Origin: an uncultured Gemmatimonadales bacterium
GTDB lineage: Bacteria > Gemmatimonadota > Gemmatimonadetes > Palauibacterales > Palauibacteraceae
Assembly (NCBI GenBank): GCA_963783385.1
Contig: CAWANJ010000006.1
Location: forward strand, 448,001 to 512,000
Direction of reading: 5' to 3'
DNA length: 64,000 nucleotides
Part shown: positions 1-10,529 of the stretch, piece by piece
Position numbering within the stretch: position 1 is the first letter of the stretch
Layout: each line of letters opens with the position of its first letter
Program-made: the position numbers and the translations under genes
The notes under the pieces: generated by a model
Seen by the model: the letters and a program-made list of their open reading frames with translations, nothing else
Told to the model about the DNA's origin: nothing
Databases searched by the model: none

Positions 1-589
1 CGAATGCCTCCATTCGCGCCACGCCTTCGAGTCGTAGCTGGACGTTGTCCAGGGCGGCCTGATTCAGGGCACTCAATACGGCGCGGGCCGCGACTTCGAG
101 ACGCGAGTGCGAGAAATCGGGTCCTTCCGCGGTACCGCGGAACGACTCCTCGGAGCCCTTGAGCGTCACGTGGCACGCGACCTTGTGTCCCGCGGTCCGC
201 TCGAGCTCGAGACTCTCGAGGAGAAGACGACGGGAGACATCTCGCGCTGGCTCGACCTCGGGGGCCGTGATCGGAGTGGCGGCATCCGGCGCCCGAGCCC
301 CGGTGTGCGGGATGTCCGGTCTTCGGATCTGGGCCACGGAGATCTTCCGATGGTCGATCTGAAGTCCGAATTCGGCCAGCAGGGCGGACTCAATGTTTCG
401 GACGATCTGTTTGGCGCCGACGGATGAGTTGCTGACGACGTGTACCTCGTCGATCCCGCCATGACCGTCGGGGACGATCTTGAGTGAGCCGACTCCCTCG
501 AGACCGGAGAGGAGCTGTTCGACCTGGCGCAGGCCCCAGGGGTCCATGCCCTCCACTTCGGTGCGCGAATCCTGGGTATCAGGGTTCAT
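1..589 (-). CDS. Conserved hypothetical protein (3' end runs off the window; absent from ORF track)
   Basis: Manual translation from ATG at 589: MNPDTQDSRTEVEGMDPWGLRQVEQLLSGLEGVGSLKIVPDGHGGIDEVHVVSNSSVGAKQIVRNIESALLAEFGLQIDHRKISVAQ..., open to the window edge; start overlaps the end of the GGDEF gene. Confidence 0.8.
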   Translation of the reverse strand, partial: MNPDTQDSRTEVEGMDPWGLRQVEQLLSGLEGVGSLKIVPDGHGGIDEVHVVSNSSVGAKQIVRNIESALLAEFGLQIDHRKISVAQIRRPDIPHTGARAPDAATPITAPEVEPARDVSRRLLLESLELERTAGHKVACHVTLKGSEESFRGTAEGPDFSHSRLEVAARAVLSALNQAALDNVQLRLEGVARMEAF

Positions 590-2276
590 GCTGGGTCAGC
601 TCCTCGGTGAGGTGAGGATGCACGGTGGCGCCGCCCTGCGCCTTCGCGATGTACAGTGATGAGTCCGCGTCCGCAAAGAGCGCATCGGCCGTGGCGGCCT
701 TTCCCTCGGCCCCCGAATAATAGGCCAGACCGATGCTCGCTGTCACTCTGATTGTCCCGTTCCGCGTCTCGAGGCTGAGGTGGTCCAGCTCGGTCTGGAT
801 CTTCCGGGCCACTTCGTAAGACCCCTCCATGTCGGTGTCCACCAGAATGATGGCCAGCTCGTCGCCACCGAATCGCGCGGCGAAGTCGCTCTGTCGCACC
901 ACGCTCTGCAGCGTGCCGGCTACCGCCCGGAGGACATCGTTACCAGCGGCGTGACCGAAGGTGTCGTTGACGCTCTTGAAGTCGTCGAGATCCACCAGAA
1001 GGAGCCCCAAACCTTCATGATAGCGGTTCGCGCGCGAAAACTCCTCCTGGAGGCGCTCTCGGTACGCTCCGTAGCTGTAGAGTCCGGTGAGGGCATCGTG
1101 GCGAGCATCCCTCAGCGCGCGCTCGTACCGCTGCCCCATCTGGAACGGACAGGTGGCGAGCCGGTCTCCCGGGAAGGGGCCTTTGCCGTTTGCGGCGTCG
1201 ATGACCGCATCGGACGAAGCGAACAGGTCCTGGATGTCCACGCGTGGGAGTCGCGACGGGCCGGGCTCGTGCTCCACGGACAGATCGAAGTCAGCGGGCG
1301 GTTCGATCACGGGGTGCTCTGAGCGCGGCAGGTCGACCAACTCGGCGATCGAGCGCCTCCAGTGCAACTCGACCCTGGGGCCCAGGCCCGGGTGGTCCAG
1401 CGTGCCTTCAAACGGCAGGACATCCAGGAAGCCCAGCCCCGGGTCTCCTTCGCGGAGCAGGCGATCCACGGCGGACAGCTGTTTGAGATCGCGGATCTTT
1501 CGGAAGCGCCGAGATGACAACCGCTGGCTGTCGAGAAGGTCCCGCGGCAGCCCGCCCGGCACCGAGAGATGACGCCGGCGCTCGGCCGGGATCCGGCTGA
1601 GCGTCACGGGCAAGCTCGTCGGGTCGATCCCATGCCGGCGGAACAGCTCCCTGAGTCCGGCGAGCGTCACGAACGGCAGGCGGTCCCGGTCCAGTCGGTT
1701 CCCGCCCTGAGAATCCAGACCAACGTAAACCTGCGGCACATCGTCAAAAACTGCGGACAGGTATCGCGAGAGAGCCACGGCCGGCGTGACCACCGGAGCA
1801 AGGAGCTCGAGGAGGGCAGGGTGGCGGAGCCGGACGTATTCGACGACGACGGGGCTCGTGGATCGAATCCAGGTCCGGCCGTCGTCCCGCTCCTCCCACA
1901 GACGCAGGTACTCGTATGCCACCAGCTCGTCGCCCAGGAGCTCCATGAACACCTGATCGAATCCCAGCTCGAAGCAAGCGTTGAGAAGCTGCTCGGGCGT
2001 GGCGGGATAGAAGAAGATGACGGCTTCGGGCGGGAGAATCAGGAACACCCGCCCGCTTCGCAGACGCTTGTCGGCGGCTTCCACCGAACCGTAGAGATCC
2101 GCCGGGCTTCGTTGAGTGATCGGGACGGAAAAGCCGCACTCGAGGCACGTGCTCCACATGGTCGCGTCGCGACCCTGGGACGTACCCCGGGATCTGTCGC
2201 CTGCGGCGAGCTCGACGCCCGGCGCAGAGGCGGTGCAGAACAGGCAGCGCTCGTCCGCTGAAATGCGTAGGCTCAC
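579..2276 (-). CDS. Diguanylate cyclase (GGDEF) with N-terminal degenerate [FeFe]-hydrogenase large-subunit-like domain
   Basis: C-terminal HDALTGL...DLDDFKSVNDTFGHAAGN...RQSD...RFGGDEL; N-terminal ELGFDQV...IRSTSPVVVEYVR..HPALLELLAPVVTP resembles Fe_hyd_lg_C; CTG start uncertain. Confidence 0.85.
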   Translation of the reverse strand: MSLRISADERCLFCTASAPGVELAAGDRSRGTSQGRDATMWSTCLECGFSVPITQRSPADLYGSVEAADKRLRSGRVFLILPPEAVIFFYPATPEQLLNACFELGFDQVFMELLGDELVAYEYLRLWEERDDGRTWIRSTSPVVVEYVRLRHPALLELLAPVVTPAVALSRYLSAVFDDVPQVYVGLDSQGGNRLDRDRLPFVTLAGLRELFRRHGIDPTSLPVTLSRIPAERRRHLSVPGGLPRDLLDSQRLSSRRFRKIRDLKQLSAVDRLLREGDPGLGFLDVLPFEGTLDHPGLGPRVELHWRRSIAELVDLPRSEHPVIEPPADFDLSVEHEPGPSRLPRVDIQDLFASSDAVIDAANGKGPFPGDRLATCPFQMGQRYERALRDARHDALTGLYSYGAYRERLQEEFSRANRYHEGLGLLLVDLDDFKSVNDTFGHAAGNDVLRAVAGTLQSVVRQSDFAARFGGDELAIILVDTDMEGSYEVARKIQTELDHLSLETRNGTIRVTASIGLAYYSGAEGKAATADALFADADSSLYIAKAQGGATVHPHLTEELTQHEP

Positions 2277-2792
2277 AGGGCCTCGACGGCATTCGGCGGA
2301 AGGCGGAACGCCTGCAAGCTACGTCGGCGTTGCTCGTCCGCCAAGGATTCCCTCGGGATCACGGGCATCCTCGTAAGGTCAAGAAGCATACCGATCACCG
2401 ATTCAGAGCCGCGTCCGCGAGACGGGACGTGGGCCGGCCCGTTACAATTTATCTAACGCCCTATGGACACTTGCGTTGCAGACATAGATCGGTGGCCGGG
2501 AACGCGTCCCCAATGTGCCGACGAGCGAACCCTGGAGGGGGCTCGCGTCGCGCTCGACGAGATTCCTTGCACATCGCCACGTCGACCGCCGATCCCGGCC
2601 ACGGAACGGGAACGTGCCCTGGGGGGCCGGAATTCGCCGCTCCGAGGTTGTCAGGCCGGGCCCGCCCCGCCTAGGTTGCGAGCCGTGGGCGGCCCGCCGG
2701 GTGAAGGCGGAACGATCTGGCCAGACACGAGCACCAGGGCATACGGACCCGATATGCGCAGCGCACAGCAGCTGAAGATGCTCTTCATCCGG

Positions 2793-3053
2793 ATGGACGG
2801 TGCGGCCGACAGTCGGAAGGTGGAATTCACCAGCGAGGCGGGGCGACGCTGGGAGGCCGAATTCTGCCTATATGTGGGCACGGACCCGCAGGCGGGCCGG
2901 CTCAAGGTCCTGTTTCGGTGCCTGTCCGACCCCGGCGAACCACAACGCTACAACGAGGCGCCGCCGGGACTCTCGAAGGTGCCGGACGAGGCCGTCCGGC
3001 AGGTGGGGGAGGCGGACCTGTGGGAGCTCCTGGCCACCTCGGTCAAGGTCTGA
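2793..3053 (+). CDS. Small hypothetical protein (paralog of next gene)
   Basis: MDGAADSRKVEFTSEAGRRWEAEFCLY...VLFRCLSDP...LWELLATSVKV; start could be 2778. Confidence 0.65.
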   Translation: MDGAADSRKVEFTSEAGRRWEAEFCLYVGTDPQAGRLKVLFRCLSDPGEPQRYNEAPPGLSKVPDEAVRQVGEADLWELLATSVKV

Positions 3054-3058
3054 TCGCG

Positions 3059-3295
3059 ATGCGCAGGACCTTTCACGACGACAGCCTCCGGGAGTGGGAG
3101 GCGTACGTGTCGGGCGGGCAGCCCGAGAGTGACACGACCGCGAGGATCCTCTTTCTGTGCCTCACCGAACCGCGTGAGCGGGCCCGGGTCGTGTCCCACG
3201 AGAGCCGCGACGTGGCCTCCGCTGAGCGTGATCTGCACCGGATGGCGGACGTGGAGCTCCTCGAGCTCCTCGGCACGGCGCGCCCACTCGACTGA
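3059..3295 (+). CDS. Small hypothetical protein (78 aa)
   Basis: MRRTFHDDSLREWEAYVSGG...ILFLCLTEP...ELLELLGTARPLD; starts 5 nt after the previous stop. Confidence 0.7.
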   Translation: MRRTFHDDSLREWEAYVSGGQPESDTTARILFLCLTEPRERARVVSHESRDVASAERDLHRMADVELLELLGTARPLD

Positions 3296-3333
3296 CGTCA
3301 TCTCCGCTCGACTGAGGTGGCCGAACCGGACGA

Positions 3334-4610
3334 TCACCTCTTCGCGAGGGTGAGCCGGTAGGCGACGATCGTCGTCTGATCGAGCGACCCCTGCAGAAAC
3401 GCCCATACCCGATCCCCGCTGGCGGCCACCAGGCGCGCCCCGTCGGGAGCGTGCAGCTCGCCCAGGTAACGGCCCTGGGGGCCGAACACGTCGAAGGTCC
3501 CTCCAGGCCGTCCGAAGGTCCCATCCGTGCCGTCCAGCGCTCGGGGCCGATCGCGTTCGACCCAGATCCTTCCCTGTGCTCCCACGAAGAGTCGGCCCAC
3601 GCTGGCCGGGGACGTCGGTGCGGGGCTCTTCGCGAGCGCCTCGGACAGATCTGCGTTCGGCGCGGGCCCGGGGCCACCCCGCTCGGCGTCCGTGAACGGA
3701 ACGGGCGGCGCATCTCGGCACACGATGCGTGTGAGGGAGCCGTCGGCCCCGAACTCGGCCAGCCGGTAGCCCGCACCCCACCCGGCCGCGACGACACCTC
3801 CGCGCGGACCGGCGGCGGCCACCAGCCGGGGCCAGCCGGGCGCCGGCCACGTAGAGAAGTGGCCGCCGAGCACGCGCTCGCTGGCAGCGAGGAGCGTGTC
3901 TGCAGAGGATGCTCCTGGCGCCACGCGCAGGAGGACGGCTCGCACGGAGGGTCCGCTCACCGCGCTCCTTCCAGCGGTGGTCGGCCCGCCACCGGTCGAG
4001 ACCGCGGCCGGCGGGATGAGGAAGAGCGTCCCATCGGGACCGAGGCCCTGCCAGCGCAGTCGGCCGCCGGCCACCAGGCGCGCCAGGAGTCGGGGGGCGG
4101 CGCGAAGGGGCGTGCCCGTGGCCTTCCCCTTCCGGAAGAACACCACCCGGCCGCCTCCGACGTCGAGCACGGCCAGCCTTCCAGTTCGGCTCCACGCCGC
4201 GGCCAGGGGATAGCGGTATTCGCCCGGACCCTGGCCCGGTCCGCCCCACGCGCCGGACCACGTGCCGTCCGCGCGCAGCACGAGCACCTGCTGGAGCTGG
4301 AAGTCGGGGACCGCGAGGCGGTCGTGCAGACTCGGCGCGGCGCCCGTCGGCATGGCGAGCGCCTCTCCCTTCCGAAGGCCGCCGGCGCGCCACGCCTCCT
4401 CGAGGGAAGGCGTGAGGTCGTGGGCGGCCCACTCTCCGGGACCGCGGCTCGCGACCACCGGCACTCCTGCCGAGTCGGGCGGGCAGGACGGGTCCCGAGG
4501 CCCGGGACGCCACAGGCGGCGAGGAGCAGCGACAGCAGGATACAGCTGGGAACGAGGCGCGCGGCGGCGTCGGGGCGAGACCGGGCCGGCCGGGCGGCGG
4601 GCCGCGTCAC
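3334..4610 (-). CDS. 6-bladed beta-propeller (NHL-like) lipoprotein, frameshifted near 4470
   Basis: Lipobox LLLAAC in ORF 3957..4610; GGPGQGPGEYRYP, GRIWV and FDVFGPQGRYLGEL motifs in ORF 3334..4464. Confidence 0.65.
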
Positions 4611-4611
4611 C

Positions 4612-5898
4612 TCACCCGTAGCGTAGCCAGCGAATCATCTCCGGGAGGGTGGGACGTTTCCCCTTCATGAGGATGCCGACCCGGTAGATGCGCCCCGCTA
4701 CCCACGACACGCCCCAGATGGTGAGCACGAGGAGGATCAGCGACGTGACGATCTGCCAGGTCGCGGCGACGCCGGTCACGATGCGCACCAGCATGAGGAT
4801 GGGGCTGAAGAACGGGAACAGGGACGCCGCGGCGAGCCAGCCGGCATCGGGCGTGTTGATGCCGGAGAACGCCAGCACGAAGGGGACGATGATGAGGAGC
4901 ATCACGGGGAAGTTCATCTGCTGGGCCTGCTGGTCGTCACCGACCAGGGCCCCGACGGCGGCGAACGCCGACGCGTACAGGAGGAAGCCCAGCACGTAGT
5001 AGGCGAGGAAGGCGAGTCCGATTCCCACGTAGGGGAGAGAGACGCCCGAGAGGTCCACGCCCGCCTGGGAGAGGGCCACCATGGCCCCCGACAGCCCGTA
5101 AAGGGCCAGGAGGCCGACCGTCACGGCCCAGATGCCGATCTGCGTGAGTCCGACCGCCCCGATCCCCAGCACCTTGCCCAGCATGAGCTCGGAGGGACGC
5201 ACCGAGGATATGAGGACTTCCACGATGTCGGAGTTCTTCTCCTCGAGCACGCCGCGGACGATGACCTGGCCGTAGACGATGAACATCATGTAGAGCACGA
5301 AGCACAGGACCATGGCCAGGACGGCGAGGACGTCCTGGTGGGCGACCCCCTCCTGGCCCACCCGTTCGATGGACAGTCCGACCTGGGGTCTCTGCAGCGC
5401 CGTCGTCACCTCGGCGGCCGGGATGCCCGCCTGCTGCAGGCCGGCGGCCACGAGACTCGAGCGCACCGCACGTCGAATGGCGGCCTTACGTCGATCCGGG
5501 ACCACGCTCTTCGAGAGAAGGACCGCCGACCCGCCCCGGGCGACGGTGTCCCCGATCACGAGGAAGGCGTCGAAGTCGGAGTCCCGCAGCTCCGTGGCCA
5601 GGCGATCGGTCGTCTGGGACGGCGGACGGTCCGTCATGTCCGCCGCGATGCCGTCGTCCTCGGCGTGGAGCAGGGCCGGAACGTCCACCGCCCGCATGGG
5701 GGCCGTGGCCACCACGCCCACGTAGAGCGGGCTGGCCTTGCCCCCTCCTCGCGAGGCCAGCCAGGCGGGTGCCGTCGACAGGCCGATCATCAGGAGGGGA
5801 AGGCCGAAGGTGGTGATCAGGAACCACTTGTTCTTGACGCGAAACACGTACTCCCGGCGAATGATCGCGCCAATGCGCGCCAGCGACAGGCTGTTCAT
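4612..5898 (-). CDS. ABC-2 transporter permease (NatB/YhaP-like)
   Basis: IIRREYVFRVKNKWF, VLEEKNSDIVEVLISSVRPSELMLGKVLG, GRIYRVGILMKGKRP; ATGA overlap with the ATPase. Confidence 0.9.
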   Translation of the reverse strand: MNSLSLARIGAIIRREYVFRVKNKWFLITTFGLPLLMIGLSTAPAWLASRGGGKASPLYVGVVATAPMRAVDVPALLHAEDDGIAADMTDRPPSQTTDRLATELRDSDFDAFLVIGDTVARGGSAVLLSKSVVPDRRKAAIRRAVRSSLVAAGLQQAGIPAAEVTTALQRPQVGLSIERVGQEGVAHQDVLAVLAMVLCFVLYMMFIVYGQVIVRGVLEEKNSDIVEVLISSVRPSELMLGKVLGIGAVGLTQIGIWAVTVGLLALYGLSGAMVALSQAGVDLSGVSLPYVGIGLAFLAYYVLGFLLYASAFAAVGALVGDDQQAQQMNFPVMLLIIVPFVLAFSGINTPDAGWLAAASLFPFFSPILMLVRIVTGVAATWQIVTSLILLVLTIWGVSWVAGRIYRVGILMKGKRPTLPEMIRWLRYG

Positions 5899-6851
5899 CG
5901 GATCCCCCCGGCCGCCAGCTGAACGGATCCTTCCGTAGCGTCCAGGCCCCGCTTGCCGGCCCGCTCGAGGAAGATCTCTCTCAACGTGGGCTCGCGCACC
6001 TCGAAGTGGTCGATCTGCACGCCCGCTCCCACGGCCCGCCGCAAGAGCTCCGCGGGATCGACCCCGTCGGCCACCTTGAGCTCGTAGGCGTCTCCGTGCC
6101 GTTCCACCTTCCCATCCACGCCGGCCTGGCTCAGGAAGGAGGGTTCGCCGTGGAAGCGCAGGATGATGTCCCTGCGCCCCGTCGAGGCGCGCACTTCGCT
6201 CACGGAGCCGTCCAGCACCTTCCGGGCGCCGGCGATCATGCACACCCGGTCACACAGCTGCTCGGCGTCCTCGATCATGTGCGTGGAGAACAGGATGGTC
6301 GTGCCGGCCTCGTGCCGCTCGAGCACCATGCGCTTCAGGAGATCGACGTTGATGGGGTCGAGGCCGCTGAACGGCTCGTCGAGGATGAGGATCTCCGGAC
6401 GGTGCAGGATCGTGCCGATGAACTGGACCTTCTGCTGCATGCCCTTGGAGAGCTCCTCGAGCATCGAGTCGGCCCGGTCGCCCAACTCGAAGCGCTCAAG
6501 CCACTTCATGGCCTCGCTGCGGGCCTCCGAGCGGGCCATTCCCTTGAGCACGGCCAGGAAGACCAGCTGGTCGATCACGGTCATGCGCTGGTAGAGACCC
6601 CGCTCCTCGGGCAGGTACCCGATCCGGCAGCGCAGGGCATCGTCGATCCGCCGGCCCAGGACCTCGACCGTTCCCTCGTCGGGTCCCAGGATGTCCAGGA
6701 TGATGCGGATCGTGGTGGTCTTGCCGGCTCCGTTGGGGCCCAGGAGCCCATAGATGCTCCCCGCCGGAACGGCGAGGTCGAGAGACTGGACGGCGGTGGT
6801 GGAGCCGAAGCTCTTGGTGACTCCCGTCAAACGGATTGCGGCATCCTCCAC
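5895..6851 (-). CDS. ABC transporter ATP-binding protein (NatA/YhaQ-like)
   Basis: Walker A GPNGAGKT, signature LSKGMQQ, Walker B LILDEPFSGLDP. Confidence 0.95.
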   Translation of the reverse strand: MEDAAIRLTGVTKSFGSTTAVQSLDLAVPAGSIYGLLGPNGAGKTTTIRIILDILGPDEGTVEVLGRRIDDALRCRIGYLPEERGLYQRMTVIDQLVFLAVLKGMARSEARSEAMKWLERFELGDRADSMLEELSKGMQQKVQFIGTILHRPEILILDEPFSGLDPINVDLLKRMVLERHEAGTTILFSTHMIEDAEQLCDRVCMIAGARKVLDGSVSEVRASTGRRDIILRFHGEPSFLSQAGVDGKVERHGDAYELKVADGVDPAELLRRAVGAGVQIDHFEVREPTLREIFLERAGKRGLDATEGSVQLAAGGIR

Positions 6852-7000
6852 GGGCTCGATCTCCTGGAATTCGTGTGGGGCGACGTCAGCGAACGGGGCC
6901 AGTCGATTCGCCCGAAGGGCGGCACGCCGCGACGCGCCGAGGGGGCGGCGGCCGGAAATGTGAACATGGAACGGTGCATGGGCAAGAGCGCGGCTGCGCT

Positions 7001-7029
7001 TTCACGCGGCCGCCGCACGCGTCTATATT
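7001..7029 (+). promoter_or_regulatory. Candidate sigma70 promoter for the AbrB-like gene
   Basis: TTCACG-N17-TATATT in the divergent intergenic region. Confidence 0.4.
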
Positions 7030-7153
7030 GTGAGGATGCGGGTGGCCGCGGAGCGCGGCGAGCGAGCCCCCGCCCGGCCGGGACCACCGGTCGGTCCCGC
7101 CCGTCCCGGCCGCGGCGGCACTCGTCTGGTCTCCTGGAGGAAGGAACAGCGAT

Positions 7154-7336
7154 ATGGGCATCTATCGGGTCAAGTACCGGACTTCGATCCCCGTGGGGAG
7201 CGGTGGACGGATCACGATTCCCCAGGAGATGCGCGAAGACCTGGGCATCGACGATGGGGACACCCTCGCCGCCCGCCTGGAGGAGAGCGAAACGGGCCGG
7301 CGCCAGATCACGTTCTGGAAGTCCGAGAACGGCTGA
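7154..7336 (+). CDS. AbrB/MazE/SpoVT family DNA-binding protein
   Basis: VGSGGRITIPQEMREDLGIDDGDTL; GGAGG/AAGGA RBS upstream. Confidence 0.85.
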   Translation: MGIYRVKYRTSIPVGSGGRITIPQEMREDLGIDDGDTLAARLEESETGRRQITFWKSENG

Positions 7337-7361
7337 CCCCCGCTCGCAGGCCGGGGAGGCT

Positions 7362-8093
7362 TCAGGTACGGTCCGCCACGTGGAGGGCCATCGCGCCGAG
7401 CAGGAGATCGACCCACACGCAGCGCTCGAAGCCCACGCGGTGCATGAGCTCGGCGACCTCCGGCTGTGATGGATAGGCCCTGAGAGACTCGGGAATGTAG
7501 AGATACGCCTCCGGGTCGCGGTGGAGCGCCCAACCCACGACGGCCGTCGACAGGTCCAGGTAGCGTAGATAGAGTTCGCGCAGAAGCGCGGCTTCCGGCT
7601 TCCCGAAGTCCAGGCTCACCAGGCGGCCTCCGGGTCGCAGGCACCGGTGGATCTCGGCGAGAGAGCGCTCCAGGTCCGGGAAGTTCCTGAGACCGTAGCC
7701 GATCACGACCCGGTCGAAGCTCCCGGAGGCGAAAGGAAGCTCGAGCGCGTCGGCGGCCAGCCACCGGACCGATTCTCCTCCTGGCCTGGCGGCGCCGACC
7801 TCCATCATCTCCGGCGTGAGGTCGGCGGCCACCACATGTCCCTCGGCACCCACACGCCGCCCGGCTTCGATGGCCAGGTCGCCGGTGCCCGCCGCCAGAT
7901 CCAGCACCGCGTGGCCGGGACGAATCTCCGCCAGATCCATTAGCCGGCGCTTCCAGCGTCGATGGAGCCCCAGCGACATGACATCGTTGGTGAGGTCGTA
8001 GCGGTGGGCGATGCGGCCGAAGAGGTCCCGGACATAACGCCGCTTATCGAACGGACGCTCCAGGTGGTCCCGGATGCGGTGCTTGAGGCTCAC
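7362..8093 (-). CDS. menG: Demethylmenaquinone/ubiquinone methyltransferase
   Basis: LFGRIAHRYDLTNDVMSLGLHRRWK, VLDLAAGTGD, GYGLRN, AYLYIPESL. Confidence 0.85.
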   Translation of the reverse strand: MSLKHRIRDHLERPFDKRRYVRDLFGRIAHRYDLTNDVMSLGLHRRWKRRLMDLAEIRPGHAVLDLAAGTGDLAIEAGRRVGAEGHVVAADLTPEMMEVGAARPGGESVRWLAADALELPFASGSFDRVVIGYGLRNFPDLERSLAEIHRCLRPGGRLVSLDFGKPEAALLRELYLRYLDLSTAVVGWALHRDPEAYLYIPESLRAYPSQPEVAELMHRVGFERCVWVDLLLGAMALHVADRT

Positions 8094-8181
8094 GGCACCC
8101 CCCCGGAGTCGGGGGGCCATCGTCCGGAGCCGGCAGGAGGAGAGAGAGGCCGCCCGCCCGAGGAGGCGGGCGACCGCAGGA

Positions 8182-8508
8182 TCAGCGGGCCACGGCGCGG
8201 GCCCGCCTGGCGGGAATGCGGTCGACGACCTTCGTCTCCGTGACGGAGATGCCGTCCACGGTGGCGGGGTAGACCAGGTTCAGGAAGAACCGCATGGCGT
8301 CCGACTCGCGGTGGGCTTCCCGCGCGCGCCGGTTCTCGAACGTGGCCAGATGCAAGAACCGGTGGTCGTCCTCGTCCTCCTGGAGGACGACGTAGAGGAC
8401 GGTGCCCTCCTCGCTCTCCCGGACGTGCTCCACCAGCTCCCGGACCGCGTCCTTGCACGCATCGACGGTGCCGGGTCGGACGGTGTACCGCGTGGCTTCG
8501 TAGATCAT
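8182..8508 (-). CDS. Antibiotic biosynthesis monooxygenase family (putative quinol monooxygenase)
   Basis: YTVRPG...VRESEEGTVLY...F....AREAHRES; GGAGAGAAGG RBS. Confidence 0.8.
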   Translation of the reverse strand: MIYEATRYTVRPGTVDACKDAVRELVEHVRESEEGTVLYVVLQEDEDDHRFLHLATFENRRAREAHRESDAMRFFLNLVYPATVDGISVTETKVVDRIPARRARAVAR

Positions 8509-8744
8509 CGCTGCGCCTTCTCTCCGTGTTGGCCCCGGGGCTCCGGCGAAGCGCCGGCGCGCTCGGTGCGAGTCGCCTCAGGGCGACCGCCTGCGTGGCA
8601 CGGAGACAAACGCAACCTGCGTACCCGTCGATGGCTCTGCCTCCAACATGTGTCAAGTTCTTGTCTGCCACCTACATAGATTCGCCGAACCCCCGGGTTG
8701 CCGCGGGCGGCGATCGAACAGAGTTGGTGTATGGTGCAAACTTT

Positions 8745-10284
<1,540 letters not shown>

Positions 10285-10529
10285 GGGCAAGCTTCGCGCA
10301 TGGGGGATGAGGACGGCGGCAATGTCCGCCCGCACCGCGAGGCTGTCAACGCGATCGCCGTGCCGCCGTGCCGCCGGTCACCCCCGCGAGGCGGCATCGG
10401 CGCCTGACCACGGAGCGACGCGTGGCGGGCTCCCGACGGTCGCGCCCGCCGCGAGCAGTTGGCGGCCGAAGGGCGGCCCGTTAGCTTTCCGGCTCTTCGG
10501 CAGTCCAGGACTTGACTTCTCCCGGTGCC

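Noticed and set aside
2463-2480. Sigma54 promoter TGGACACTTGCGTTGCA
   Set aside because: GG-to-GC spacing is 11 rather than 10 and the -24 box is not TGGCAC
7154-7336. MazE/VapB toxin-antitoxin pair
   Set aside because: No toxin ORF; the next gene is the convergent menG
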